From Guillardia theta CCMP2712 (Eukaryota > Protista > Cryptophyta), in assembly GCF_000315625.1 (NCBI RefSeq), contig NW_005434586.1, forward strand, positions 238,604-302,603: a DNA stretch of 64,000 bases. Reading direction: 5' to 3'. The translations under genes were made by a program, and so were the position numbers. The notes under the pieces are model-generated. The model did not search any database. It saw nothing but the letters and a program-made list of their open reading frames with translations, and was not told the origin of the DNA. Positions 43,107 through 57,000 of this stretch are shown here, one piece after another (position 1 is the first letter of the stretch; each line of letters opens with the position of its first letter).

Positions 43107-43199
43107 TTCGAATTCGGAGGAATACATATGGAGAGCGTTGCTGTCCCTTCACCCAAATAAACAGCAAAGCAAAACAGTCGTGGACAATCTATTCGATCT

Positions 43200-45189
43200 G
43201 ACCATTTTGATCAACATGACCATGCTCAGCAAACTTGGTCAGGGTGCGGAGAAACGTCTACATCATCAACTTTCGATTACCAGTCCTGCTTCATACAGCA
43301 GGATCAGCATATGCAATCATGAGACTCAACCCCCTGATCACTGTCTGCTTCTTGTTTCTTCACTAGATGCATGTTTTCTTCTTCCCTCTTTCCTACTTGC
43401 TCCGTTCCCCGCCTCTCTTCCCATCGTTTCTCTACACTCCTCTAACCGCTTCAGCCATTTTCACTTGAACATCAAAACTGAGCGGCGGAGGAGGAGGAGG
43501 AGGAGGAGGAGAACTCACTTGGTTCCAAGATCCCAGCACAAAGTCAGTGAGTGGCTTGCGGTCGTGAGATGCTCCAATCTTGCTGAGGTGAGCCTGGTGG
43601 GACTGAGTCAAACACGAGGAGAAACAGAAGGAGGGCAACGTGGGGCGGAAGGAGGAGCAGGGGGAGGGAGAAGGTAGAGGGAGGAAAGGAGGAGGAGGAG
43701 GAGGAGGAGTGACAGGCAGGTAGGGAAGTAGGAGGAGGAGGTGGTGGAGGAGTGAAAGGCAGGTAGGGAAGGAGGGGGAGGAGGAGGAGTGACAGGCAGG
43801 TAGGGAAGGAGGAGGGGGCAGGGGCAGATACACTGAAGGAGCAACACACTGGCTGACCTCATCAGCAGGCATCACCCGGTCCATGAAGCCGTCTTTCCTC
43901 AGGTGTCTCCAGTAAGCACCTGACGAGGGGGGAAGCGAGGTCAGAGCTGGTCAGAGCAAGGAATCGAGTAAGAAAGAGAGCAAGGACAAGACTTGAGGGT
44001 AGGAAGCAAGGAGGGGAGCGAGAGGAGCGAGGAAGGAAACAAGAGTAGGAGAGGAGAGGCAGGAACGAGGGGAAGGGGTGAGCGTGCGAGCTGGCAAAAG
44101 GAGGCAGTAGGATGAAGTCACCATTCAAGAGTTCCTGGTTCATCGACGAGTCCCACTTCCAGTGATCAAAGTGATCATGGTCAGTGCCCGGGAATTCCGG
44201 CATAGTCAGCCCGATAGGAACCTTCGCATCATCATCAGCAACAACGTCATCAACGACAACAGCAACGAGAAGACGTTATCGAAAACAACAACAATACTAA
44301 TGACATGAACATCACCACCATAATCAGGAGCAGAGATATCAACAACAACATCAGCATGCTCTGTCTTCTCCTGCTTTCACCTCTTTGTCTTCGCCCCCAA
44401 TGACTTCGTCTCCAACCTTGTTGTAGTCACCGTCCCTGTACATGGCCTTCATGCCACCCTTTCCAGGTTCTTGCAGCTCCTTCAAGACAAACATCAGTCT
44501 CAGTCTCCTTCTCTTCCTCTCCCTCCCTGTCATAGACATCCACTCTACTTATCTCGTCTCTGCCTCCTCAACAGGCATCAACTCACCTTGCCCCAGACAT
44601 CTCGCACGTACTTTTTGAATCCTCTGCCGTACATCAAGTCCTGTGCAGGTCTCAACCATCTTCATCGCATCCCATCTACAACGATCAACCTCGTTCTTCT
44701 CGGATTTGGGCGGCATATGACCGAAGTGATCGACACCGTAGGCTCCTGCACGGCTCCTGTCAGAGACAGAGCTACAAGACACGCGCGCCAGAGCATCGAG
44801 ATCATGTCAACACATCGACAGCAGAAAATGCTGACGAGTAGAATGTGAATCATCCCGATGCACAGGGCACACGATCACGTCAAGACGAGCATCTCTGCTT
44901 CACAGCCCACCTGAGGTTAGAAGGTTGTGCACATACGCGTCGTTGGGAGTGACGAAGTCGTCGAGTGAGCGCATGACGACTTCGTTGCCGAGCGCTCTCT
45001 TCTCCTGATCAACTCCGTCACGACCGACATGGTCCTGTTGCAAGCAGCCATACCGCTTCCTCGCCTACTTTCTCGCCCTTCCCCTCCTCGCCTTCTGGCT
45101 GGTCCCGGTACTTGGCCTGTTTCAGCGTCACTGGCACCCATGGAGGAAGCAAGATTTCCCAACCAGATACTTCTCCCGCCAGTACTCAT
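43200..45189 (-). CDS. Hypothetical multi-exon gene, possibly continuing across the gap
   Basis: Complex coding-like blocks (VDHFGHMPPKSEKNEVDRCRWD; MPEFPGTDHDHFDHWKWD; AHLSKIGASHDRKPLTDFVLGSWNQ) are separated by low-complexity GT..AG introns. Confidence 0.35.
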
Positions 45190-45239
45190 GATCCTGCAAC
45201 TTGAATGGAAGGTTGTGGTTGCAGTTCCCAGAGACTGAA

Positions 45240-46420
45240 CATGGGCTGTAGCACCATCATCATCCTCCTCCCTTCAAGGACCAACCAGCCAGGCCGCATA
45301 CCTGCCCTTGTGCTCGGGATGGAACCACGTGGTCTCCTCTCCGTCCCCCGGAGCTCCCTGCCCGATCTCTTCCTTGGTAGCATTCACCAGCTGCAACCCA
45401 GGTCAGAGCAGAGATCAACTCGCACACGAGACTACCAGGTAGTCTGCCATGGACTTCCTGTGCCCGTGAACCCGGGGCTCCAGGGCAGCTGCCTGCTCCC
45501 AGGGCCCTCAGCACCTCTAGCCACATCGAGAGAGAACAGCAGGAACCTTGGAAGGACGGAGAAAGTCCTTGAGCTCCCTATCGAACGAGGTTGCCGGCTG
45601 CTGTAAGCCAGTCGGCGTCAGGGGATCAGAAGGTCCCTCGAGGGCTAGACGGAGCGTCACCTTCAGAGTCGTTCTCTTGGCCACCGCACTATGGTGCCAG
45701 TGATCGGGGAATGCGGGAGGGAACTTGTTCTTGGCGTCCGGAGCATCCTTGAGCAAAGTCAGAGGCAGTTCAGGAGGACAGCGAGTCTTTCACAGCGGCT
45801 TTCGCAGTGGTGTCGACATGTTGTCCCAGACTTTGCATCTTCATCTGCAGGTTCGAGATCTTGGCGTCCTCCTTCTCGATCTTCGGCTCAAGATCCTGAA
45901 TCACCATCCTTGCAATGTCCTTGGCCATGGACTCCTTCTTCGGTGTGGCGCGATGCCTCCTTGCCACGTGGGAGCGACGGGCGCTGGATATGAGATGCTG
46001 GTACTTGAGCAGGTCAGCTTGAGCCGCTCTCGCCATGGACTTCTCCTTGTTGCGCAGCTGCTTCTCATCACTGAGCAGAGTCTCTGCGCTCTCCTTCAGC
46101 TTCGCCGCTCTCTCCAGCACCTCGTCTCGAGCCTTTCCGTCCCCCTGATGCTGGTGCGACGCCTTGGCAGGCGATGAGCTCGCGGCGCCTCGTCTCTGAC
46201 GGGCATGTGAAGGAGCAGCAGAGAGGGAGGCAAGAGCGCCAACAACGTTCTCGTGGTCCTTAGCTCCGATATCTCCTAGCAGGCCTGCTTCACTCGCTGA
46301 CATCGTGTAGGGATTCAGCATGACGCTCTTGCTCGGCGACCCCAGCTAACCACTACCATTGCGACCAAGGCGAAGGCAGCAAGGAGTGCTGGAATGGCTA
46401 GAGCAGCAAGAGCTCCATGG
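45240..46420 (-). CDS. Hypothetical coiled-coil protein with N-terminal hydrophobic segment, multi-exon
   Basis: ORFs 45770-46321 and 45517-45756 are joinable by short introns; hydrophobic stretch near 46345-46415. The 5' structure is unresolved. Confidence 0.4.
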
Positions 46421-46899
46421 CGACGGGGAGAGTGCCAGCTCGGCAGCAACCTGGCGTTCCTAGTAAGAAACTTCCCAGCACACCAGCAAAACGCGAGCAA
46501 TCAACGTCAAACAGAAGTCATGAAAGCATACACCAAGGAATCAAATCAAATCATAAACATCACACATCGCAGCACGATATGGTCTTCATTATGATGATCA
46601 TATGCCATAGCGCCGGTCTTCACCACTCACCCGCTCCCTCTCTCCATCGCCGACCCGTACAATGCCATTGTGAAGAGCCACAAACCAGGTCATCGAAAAA
46701 ACAAGGTTTTCCACTGCTTGTGGGGGGGTCTGCTAATTTGTACCCCCGGTATCATCATATTAAATTAAACACAAGTATCCCTAAAATAAGGGTGGGTACC
46801 TACCCCTACCCATACCAGTCTTGAAATAGCAATGAACGCTTTGATTAGATAGTTTACTCAATAAGTTTTATATACTACTATGACTCAGTGAGTGAAACT

Positions 46900-47330
46900 T
46901 TGCCTCAGTACAGTGTGACGACAGCCCGGGTGACGCCCCGGGCCTCATCTTCCGCCGTACCGTACCGATGAGGCGGCGCCGCCCGGGCCGCGTCCGCCCC
47001 CGGGCCGGACCCGGGGCCGCGTCCGATCAGGAGCCGGGAGTCAGCTGCTGAGCCGGCCGGTGACCGAGCCTCACCCCGGCGCGGCCCGCCCCCCGGCCCG
47101 CCGGTCACTACCCGGCCGCCGGCGCCGCCCCCCCGCGCCTTGCCGACCGTCGACTCGTCGGGTCGGAGAGTCACCCCGCCGCCGCGCCGCCCGGGCCGGG
47201 CCCTGACCACTGCCAGGTCACCGTCCGATCGGCGTCGGCGGGTTCAAGTCACTTGCTGCGGCACTGAAGTTCCAAGTTTCAAGTTTGCCGGCAAGGCAAG
47301 CCTCCGTTTCAAGTCAACGCGGTAAAACGT
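46900..47330. promoter_or_regulatory. GC/CpG island between divergent genes
   Basis: Same composition as other islands; AAGTT-rich right edge. Confidence 0.45.
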
Positions 47331-48877
47331 TTTACGGGAGCCCAGTAAACCCGCAATGGATTCCCATGGAAAGGCCCCCGTTGCAAGAATTCACTTGCAC
47401 CTGACCACTTGAGAGTCTGAACTTAGAAGACCAATTAATAAAAATACGAGCTATGATACCCTCCCTTACTCAATGGAGCACTGGAGTTTCAGGCCTTGCT
47501 AGTGGTGCATGCTTGCCGGGAGAAGTAAAATACATTTAACGAAGAGACCTCTTTCCCGTACGTTTCGCTATCAATTTCCTACGTAATTTTCTATAAATAC
47601 CCCATAGATTTTATAAAGTAAAACTCCCATACACTTTTAAAATATTAGAAATTAATTCCAATGGGGGCTGATGGGATGATGGGGTGTTTCAGGATAGTTG
47701 GTGCTAAGTACCGGTTAAATAATGGAGAAAATATGGGGTACTCTCAAAGTGCAACGACTGAGAGCACACAGATGGGGGTGGTGGGGGGCCGATCCGGGAG
47801 TCTAAAATCTTTTACAGGAAGCGATGCAATTTTTAAAATTTGAGAACGGGGGTGACGAAAAGGGATTCAAGGGGTGGGTTAGGTCGCACTGAAGATCCCG
47901 AGTGGGGTGGTTACTGACAAGTGCAGCCGAGGTACCCCTTACATGATCCTCCAAAGCACACAAAAGTGAGAGGGGGTACTCAACACAAATTCATGGGTAG
48001 GGTACTCAAAATGGATTGTTGTAGTACGTGGGGTAGTAAATTTTTTTTTGGTCCCTTGTGTGTGGCATTGGGAGATCGTTTTGAGATATAAAAATAGTTG
48101 TTAATTGTCAGAGGTGGGGTAGTATTCGTGGAATACCCAGGGTGGGTGGTGATCCCCACTTTTTACGGTGTAGAACTTCTGTACCGTAGGGTAGGCTGAA
48201 AAAAGGAGGGTGGGGTCAGTAAGAAGGTGGGGTGATGACATTGAAAAACAATAGGAATGGTGGGGTGCGGTCAGCATGATGGTAGGGTAGCAGATAAGAG
48301 CTATTCCATGGGTGGGTAGGGTATGTCCAGGATAGCCCTGTAGATCAAAATAGTAGGGTACGATAGGGTAACGAATAGGGGTGGGTAGGGTGGGGGTGGT
48401 TACATAAATTCGATGGGTCAGAAAAGACGTAGGGGTACTATTCAGAAGGTGTCTTTGCAGGGAGGGGTAATCCTTTACCGGTGTCATGAGAGGATTTTCT
48501 AGGAAGATGGTAGGGTGTAATATTCACCCTCTCTTTTAGTAGGTATGATCAAGTCAATGGGAGGGGTGTATCAGATTTGAGATGGGGTGATTTTTAATAG
48601 GGTGGGTAGCCTTGACAGTGGGTGGCCGTGGAAGGGGGCGGGGGTAGGGTGGGGTAGTTGCAATGCTGGAGAGAGCTATGGAACGAAGGCGAAGACAAGC
48701 GGAGGGGATGCGGTAGGAGGACAGAGGGAGAGGAGGACACCGAGCAGATAGAAGTAAGGTCAGGCCTTGAAAAGACTGACAGGCCATTGTTGGAGGAGGA
48801 GCTCGAGCATTCAACTGAAAGTACCATCGTAGAGGTTTCAGCAGGGCCCCGATTTCTGTAGTTTGGCGACACCAGAC

Positions 48878-51800
48878 ATGGTTGGGTTTGCCCGCTTGTT
48901 GTTGAGTATCCTTCCCATTGGACTAGTTGTTACCTATGGCTATGAACATCGAATGTCGACACTGCCTGCCTTCAATACCATGCTCCTCAAGGTTCCGAAG
49001 CATGGGATACAACGATCCTCGTTTGTGGATAGGCAGCGTCTGAGGCCCCTGCCCTCGGTGCTTTCCGAGAGGGTCCTTGAGCGTCATCGAGTGGAGGGAA
49101 TAAAGAGGATACGATGCGTCATGAATGGAGCGAGTGCTAATGCCTTCGAAGAGGCACGGCAGGCGGTGCTTAGCAATGGCTGCCGCCTGCTCAACGCCGC
49201 TCGTTCAGCGCTGGGGATCAAACCTGAAGAGAAGGAGGAGGATCAGCTAAAGAGTCAAGCAGAGACAAGGGAGCAGGTTGAAACGTTCTTGAGGCAGGTT
49301 GAAGACGAAGTTCGAGGGTGGGTGAAGCAGATGCAGGGAATGGAGGAGCACAACATTGCGGAGCTGCGCAGTAGCCTTGACGCCCTTTACGAGGTCCTGA
49401 GCCTGGGCAGCGCATTGCAATGGACGAAACCTGCAAGCCCGATGGAGAGACGGGGAACTTGGAGGGCGTTGAGGAAGAAAACAGACCCTTCCACGAAGAA
49501 CCTGCTCTTTGCTATCGAGAGGTTGAGGAGGAGGTACGACAAGGGTGTGCGGCGGTTGACCAGTGTGGCGGTCCCGCTGACAGAGGAAGAGATCAAAGAC
49601 GGTTTTGAGAAGGCGCTGGGAAAGAAGGCGATCAAGGACATCGAAGACAACCTGATGTTTGTGAGCGATACTATGAAGCCTCTGACGTCAGAGGAGGTAG
49701 ACGCAAGGCTTATGGACTTGGACGAGAAGTGGAAGTACGGCATGCATGAAGCCGAGGAGCAGCTGCGCGCAGGGATCGAGCGTGTGAGGTATCACATATC
49801 TCGGAAGACAAAGAGGCGGGAGGTTGAGAAGGGAGCCGCCGCCATACACGTGCGCGATGGCACGATGTATGCGTCGGCACTGGGAGGGATCGTAGAGGTT
49901 CCTATCCTGGAGAACATGGGTGTGCAGGCCTTCATCGATGATAAGGACGAGAATCACATCTTCATGGGCATACAAGGAGAGGCGGAGGAGAGTCAGCACG
50001 TGGCAACACTAGGAAGTATTCCAGCAAGCGCTACCAGGTGAGTGGAGGAAGGTGAAAGGTTAGGTACCTTTTGCGCTGACCTGCTGAACTCCAGGTGGTT
50101 GTCTTGCGCGAGGCAGAAGCTGTGGTGGATGTCTCCCGACGTGGGAGACAGGAGCATGCCGGTCCCTGCTGAGACACAGTTCCTGCTCCTCGAGCTGGGC
50201 CTTGGGATGTACGCGGTGATGCTGCCGATGGTTGGCAACTCGTTCCGTTCGTCCATCTGGGGGACGGAGGGGAGCACGCTGCAAGTGAGGATAGAGAGTG
50301 GGGACCCAGACGTGCGAACCAAGATCTGCCCGACCTCCGTCCTTGTCGCAGCTGGAACAGACCCGTTCCTCCTGCTCGAACGAGCCTTCGCTGCTGCAGC
50401 GGATCGGCTGGGAACGTTTCGAATTCGCAAGGAGAAGACTACTCCATCTACACTGGACGTGTTTGGATGGTGCACGTGGGATGCGTTCTACAGCCAAGTA
50501 GAGCCCGAAGGCGTGAAGCACGGGCTGCGGGAGCTTGCCAAGGGAGGGACGCCGTCAAGGCTCTTGATCCTCGATGACGGCTGGCAGAGCACAGACAACG
50601 ATGAGGGGTACAGGATCGCCGAAGGCGACGCTAGGGAGGATGTTTCTGCAGCCGAGTTGGCCGGCGGAGGAGTGATTGAGGTAGTTTGACAAGCTGTGAA
50701 GGAGGGGACTGACGTTGTTGACAGGGAGAGGACTGGGCCTCCCAACAGCTTACATCCTTCAAGGACATTCCTGCCCGACTGCTCACCTGGTGGTACACGT
50801 CGGTCGTCGAGAAGTCACCTTACAACTCGATGCCGGTCAAGATCTGGAAGTGGCTGACGTTCAACGTCATCCGCAACGATCTGCTCAAGTATTTTGCGGA
50901 GGCGACCGACTGGTCCAAGAGGCTGACGAGCATCAACCCCAACTCCAAGTTCGTGCAGCTGGGGCATCTGGTCCGCGAGCTCAAGAGCGACTTCGGACTT
51001 CAGTACACCTTTTGCTGGCATGCCCTCACTGGCTACTGGCTAGGCGTCGACCCTAACGCCCCCGGCATGGAGAGGTTTCAGCCCACCATCCAGTACCCCT
51101 GCATTGACCCGCACTTTGACTACACCCCTGGCATGCTCAGTACCGAGCCGACCATGGCCTGGAATCCTTCGTCCTTCGTAGGTGTCGGCATCGTACCGCC
51201 CATGCACATCCGCGACTTCTACGGGGAGCTGCATAAGAGCTTGCATGACGCCGGAGTGGACGGGGTCAAGTGCGACGCTCAGGCCGCCATCACCATGCTG
51301 GGAGCCGGGTACGGGGGAGGCCCGAAGATCACTCGAGCCTACGTGCATGCGATGGAGCAGAGCGTGAAGGAGCATCTGTCCGGAAACTGCATCAACTGCA
51401 TGTGTCACCCGACGGAGAACCTCTACTCCTTCAAGGACACGGCGATCGCCCGCGCCTCGGACGACTTCTATCCCCGTGAACCAGCCTCACACACTGTCCA
51501 CGTCTACAACGTGGTCTACAACACTCTCTTCCTTGGAGAGATCGTACACCCGGACTGGGACATGTTCCAGAGTGAACATCCCGCTGCTGAGCTGCACGCG
51601 GCCGCGCGATCGGTCGGAGGATGCGCCGTGTACACTTCCGATCGCCCGACCGTCCACAACTTCGACCTCCTCCGGCAGCTGGTCCTGCCTGACGGCAGCG
51701 TCCTGCGTGCTCAGCTACCTGGGCGCCCAACACGCGACTGCCTCTTCACCGACGTGTGCAAGGACGGGGTGTCAGCGCTGAAAGTCTGGAACCACAACCA

Positions 51801-53355
51801 GGTCGGGGGAGTGCTGGGCATCTTCAACCTGCAGGGGGCGTACTGGGACAGGACAGTCCGGAACTTCGTCATGCCGGATCATCGGCCTCCCGACGTGGTT
51901 GCGCATGTCAGCCCACAGGATGTCGAGAGGCTCCCGTCGGAGGTGGGAAGGTACGCTGTGTGGAGCCACAAGCGAGAGAAGCTCTTCCTGATGGACTACA
52001 AATCCAAGGTAACATGGAGGAAGAGGACAAGGCAGAGGCAGGAGGAAGAAGAGGCAGAGGAAGGAGGAGGGAGAAGAGGAGGAGGAGGAGAAGGCAGAGG
52101 AAAGAGTTAAAAGGAGGAGTAGAAGTCGGGGTGGAGAAGGCTGACAGGCTGGCAGATGGATATCAAGTTGAAGCCTCAGGAGTCGGACGTCCTTACCGTC
52201 GCTCCGATCCAGAAGCTGCAAGGGGTGAAGGACGACAAGGGGGATGATGCTCTCTGGGCTCCAGTGGGGCTCAAGAAGATGTTCAACGGAGGAGGCGCGT
52301 TGCTTTCTCATAGGGTTTGTGGTAGGGAAGACCACCCTATCTTGCAGGTGAAAATCCTGACCACCCCGTCCTTCCTCCCCTTCCTCTCTCTCCTTCCTTT
52401 CTCCTCTCATGGTTGTTGATTGCGTATGCTCTGTTCCTCCTGCCTCCCCCCTCCCCCTCCCGCGTTTCCTTCTGCTCCCTCTCTCTCGACTACTGCTATC
52501 CTCCCTTCTCTCTCCTCCCTTCCTGCCTTTGCTCCCGCCACTTAGCCTGACACCCTTGTTCAGGACTTTCTCAACAGCGTGATTGATCCTGCTGCGATGA
52601 GCGGGGGCATGTGGAATGTGAACCGACGGTGGAAGCTCGCCTCAGCTCCCTTCAGCTCCAAGTTCCAGTCCAACATCGAGGTGGACGACGAGGTCGAGAG
52701 GTTCGTCGCTGACCCGGACGAGGAATGGCTGTGGCACCTGAACCAGCTCACCGCGGTAAAATCTCCCTCTCCTCCTCCTCCTCCTCCTCCTCCTCCTCCT
52801 CCTCCTCCTCCTCCTCCTCTTCCCTTCCTCCTCCTCCCTTGCTCCTCCTCAATTCTACCTCTCACCCCCAAAAGTTCACCACTCTCTTCCTGTTCCTCCA
52901 TCTCTCCTTCCCTATCATTTCTCCCTCTTCTCCCTCCTCTTCTCCCAGTGTTCCCCTCTCACTGTGTCCTGCAGTCGCCTCTTCCATCCTTGTCAGAGAA
53001 GGAGAACACGATGCGAGCTCATCTCACGGTCAAGGGCCAGGGTTCTCTCCTCTTCTACTCCTCCGCCAGGCCCAGGAAACTCTGCGCGAAGCCCCTGCAG
53101 GCGAGCAGCGCGGCCTGCGAGGCCAGTGCGGAAGGGAAGAAGCCGCTGGCGACGGTGTCAGAGATCGCGGGGATACGGGGGGATCGCGCGTGGGAGGAGT
53201 GGGACTTTGAATACAAGGATGGCGAGCTGACGGTGGAGCTGCCGGAGATGTCATCGGTGAGTGAAGACGATGAGGAAGGGAGGAACGGGAGGGGGGGGAG
53301 GAAGTTGAGGAGCTGTTTGTGGAGGAGAAGGGCAGGAGGAGGAAGAGGGAGATGA
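48878..53355 (+). CDS. Raffinose synthase / seed-imbibition protein (GH36 alkaline alpha-galactosidase) with long N-terminal extension, multi-exon
   Basis: LWWMSP, FGWCTWDAFY, LILDDGWQ, WHALTGYWLGV, GVDGVKCDAQ, RASDDFYP, PDWDMFQS, LVLPDGSVLRAQLPGRPTRDCLF, APVGLKKMFNGGGA. Confidence 0.92.
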
Positions 53356-54019
53356 AGCGCATGTGGTTGTGGAAGAAGAGGGCAGGAGGAGGAAGAGGGT
53401 GAGGAGGAAGATGAGGAGCATGTGGTTGTGGAGGAGGGCAGAAAGAGCGGAGGAGTGTGATCAGAGTATGACACATGATGCAGGAGTTCGGCAGTGGAAG
53501 ATGGGAGCTCTGCTTCCTCTGGGAGAAATCTTGAGCCGTACGTTAAATCTGGGGAGCAAAATGCTGCGAAAAGTGGCCCCGTTGTTGGCCGCTTGCTCGT
53601 CATAGAGCAGTTTTCATGCAGGACTGGCGACGAGGGTCTGATGTAAGATGAGAGGTTGTTTTTCCTTGTGTTTTTAGTTGCTGTGAGTTATTCTTTCAAT
53701 GTCAAGTGGCTTTTTTCGCTGTCACGCCATGATTAATTTAACGTGAAATGATAGAAATCGATGAATCCGTATAGTTCGAGAGCATCGATGTCCGAGAGGA
53801 GGAGAGGAGCGAAGGGAAGGCGAAGGGATTGAGTTTTCGTCGGGCAAGGCGAGTCCAGACCGTCACTACAGAACGGGGGGCTCGGCTGGAAGAGCTGATG
53901 AACAAATTGAAAACCTTCAACCATCGACTTATCTTTCACTCCTGGCCCTTGTCGTACAGACAGTGAGGGGCAGAAAGTTTCGGCAACAACTCGAACAAGG
54001 CTTATCATTACTGCCTTCC

Positions 54020-57000
54020 TCAGTCTTGGTGCTTGTCTTCGCAACCTTCAGCGCGTTCTGCTGCTCCTGTTGCGCCTTCTTCTCTTTCTTCCCCTCCCCT
54101 CCCGCTTCTTGTCAGTGTCGTACACGTCCTCTTGTTGTGCCCAACCTTGCCGCATATCTGACAAGTTTTCTTGCGATTCCCGTGGGTGTTATACAACGTC
54201 GCCTGCTCCACCTGCTCCCCGTCATGATCGCTCCTCGCAGTGTCTTCGCGGCCAGGTGGCGAGTGTGTCCGAGTCCTTCGACGCACACGAGGCGCCGAGG
54301 TTGCATGCTCCTCTTCATCGCTGTAGCAAGAAGCTCTTCTCGCCGCAGAGGTCTTGACCGCACATGGAGGAGGAGTCAAGGGATCTGAAGGGTTCAACCC
54401 GAACTGGCAGGCAGAAGGAACCAAACCAGGCACGCACAGAGAACCTTGAAATGCATCAACAAGAGATTGAGTTAAGCCAGCACGCATCGAACAAACTCTC
54501 AATCGCTTGCCGACTTCCTTGTTGGGGGTTCAAGTGAAGCCAGACTGCGATCACATGTTTGCAAGGGCGACCTGTTGTCTGCCATTGACCGCAAGGAAAG
54601 CAAGATCTCTGACTCAAGGAAACACTGTTCACTTCCACTCCTCCCGTTGGTGACCGACCCTCAACAGTGAACAAGTCGTTGCCAACAGCGTTGGTGATAC
54701 TTACCAGCTTGCAAGCTTCCCAATCCTGAAAGAACTCCTTGCGCACTTGATCGCTAACGATAAATTTGTCTTGCTCTTGTAACAATATTTTCCTAGAAAG
54801 TGCCTTTCCCAAACATTCCATCCAAAAGTCTCCCAATGATTCGAAGAATTCGAGAGGATTACGTTTTGTAGCCAGGGAAGAGCTCAGTTTTTTATCTCCA
54901 GTCTCAGCCTGTATGTTCGATTTGATTCCGTAAGTGCGGACGCATCCTTGTGTTGAGACATCTGTACTGGTCTTAGGAAGCAGTTGAGCTCCTTGTGTTG
55001 AGACATCTGTACTGGTCTTAGGAAGCAGTTGAGCATACGTTGCCTGCAGAGCACATGTCTTGAGCTGTTGCTCACAGGTATAACTACATCACTTACCCAT
55101 TGCGCGTCTGCGATGCCAGAGGATTTGAGATGGTCAAACGCCAGTGGGTTGGCCTTTTGTAGTTGGTTCATTCTCATGTCAAACTCCACGTGGGTATGAG
55201 CTTGCTATCCGAAAGCATCAGAGCTCATACAGGAACCCTACAACCAACCTGTGCTTGCCAGAAAATTTCCAACGCACCAGACCCGCCAGAGCCTTTGGGA
55301 TACAAACATTGCCCGCGGTTACCTGTGGTACATGTATGACTGGCAGACGAAATACAATCAGGAGAATACGTGAACAGAAATGATTGATGCCGGCAATGAG
55401 GCGGGTACAGCAGACAAGCACATCTGCGTGAGGTAGTGCTTGCTGTACCCCTTTGAGAATGGCAGTTGATCGACCAGTCATGATAGTCAGCGATCCGCTG
55501 GATGGACATAGCCAAGGTCCCAGGGATGTGCGTTTGAGCTGGTTCCATACCCATTCGGTGTTTTCTGCTGTTTCAGCAACAACAGAATCGTTGGCCTCCT
55601 TCCACTGGGCAAACACGCCTGAATCGCACGATGAGACAGGACGCAGACGAAAGTTTCAGTTGTGCGCTACCAGCTGCAACTGGGAGGACCGTCCCATCCC
55701 CCAACCGACCAGTTATGATCATGAACTTTCCTTGGAAGGGGCTGACTACAAAGTCAGTACCTATCTCCCCCCCCGAGCATACTGCGCAGCAGGGGATAGG
55801 GAAAGAGACCTGCGATTGAAACGATAGAAGCCCTGACGTTGCCGTTGTCAATGGGAAACAACAACCAGAGGAGATGGAGGGACCTGGCCGAGGAAGCGCA
55901 AACCACAGTGCTGAATCAAACGAAGGATGCCCTCGTTGCACAGGAAGGCTCCCTGGAAACTACCCGCATGCTTCTCACCTTGGTAAGGAGGCTGGCAGAC
56001 AGCCCGACTGTCATGGTTCAATTTGGAATACTTAGACATCCATTCGTTTAATATCTTGAAAGAACGTTCGTCCTTTTTCTTGTTTTCCAACTCAATTTCT
56101 TGTAGAGCTCGCTGGACTGTAACTTCATTGGCCGACACGCCTATCTGCATTTTGAGGAGGCGAGAGAGTTGAATGGCTGTCAGGCAACATTCTCCATTGT
56201 TCTGTGAGCAACAAGACACGAGACAACGAAATGACGGCAGTGTAGCCAGATATTGGACCGAGACATCAGCATGTGACGTGCAATCTTCATGACTCGTCCT
56301 GAATGTACGGAATACATTCAACACATCAACATGCGAGATTCTGAGAAAGAAGTTCAATGCACGCCATGCCCTACCATTTACGGGACTCGTGGATATGTAA
56401 TGAGCTGTACTTGCTTTACATGCCCGTAACTCAAAGACATTCTTTATCTCAATGCTCGTCTGACTTGTCCTTCAGGTATAGGATTGTCATTGACAGGAAA
56501 CACAGCAAGAAACATATCGGTGGTGAATATTTTGTTGTCAATCGAGAATCGAGCACTTTCTATATTCCATATCTTCCCATCAAGGTCAGCGGTGTGATCG
56601 ATTACAGGTTCGAACACAGGTTGGATCGCTTGTTCGTGTTCATCCTTGATCTTCCTGCTGTCAAGATGGCGCGAAGATCCGCAAACATTGCTCGAGCTCG
56701 ACAAGCTTGTACTCGTATCATCCTTGCGCAGTCTGGAGCTAGACTGCGGAGACTCGAGCTGAAGGCAGAGCTGAAGGTGAAGGAGATAGAGCAGCAGAGT
56801 CAGCGGTAACAACTTGTGTAGGATGGTCTTGCTCACCTTGTCGAGGGTAGATGAGGGCATGGGCCCATACAGGGCTGCATACAGAAAATTCACTTGAGCA
56901 AGAAGGCCTTGTTTTGACTGCAGTTCCGAGAGAGGTATGGACAGCATGGAGCAAGTATGTTGTATAGCTTCGTCGACTGTGTAGTGCGTTGGGACGCCCA

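Noticed and set aside
53600-53960. 3' terminal inverted repeat or TSD of the MULE
   Set aside because: No reverse-complement match to the 57120-57225 region was found by eye.
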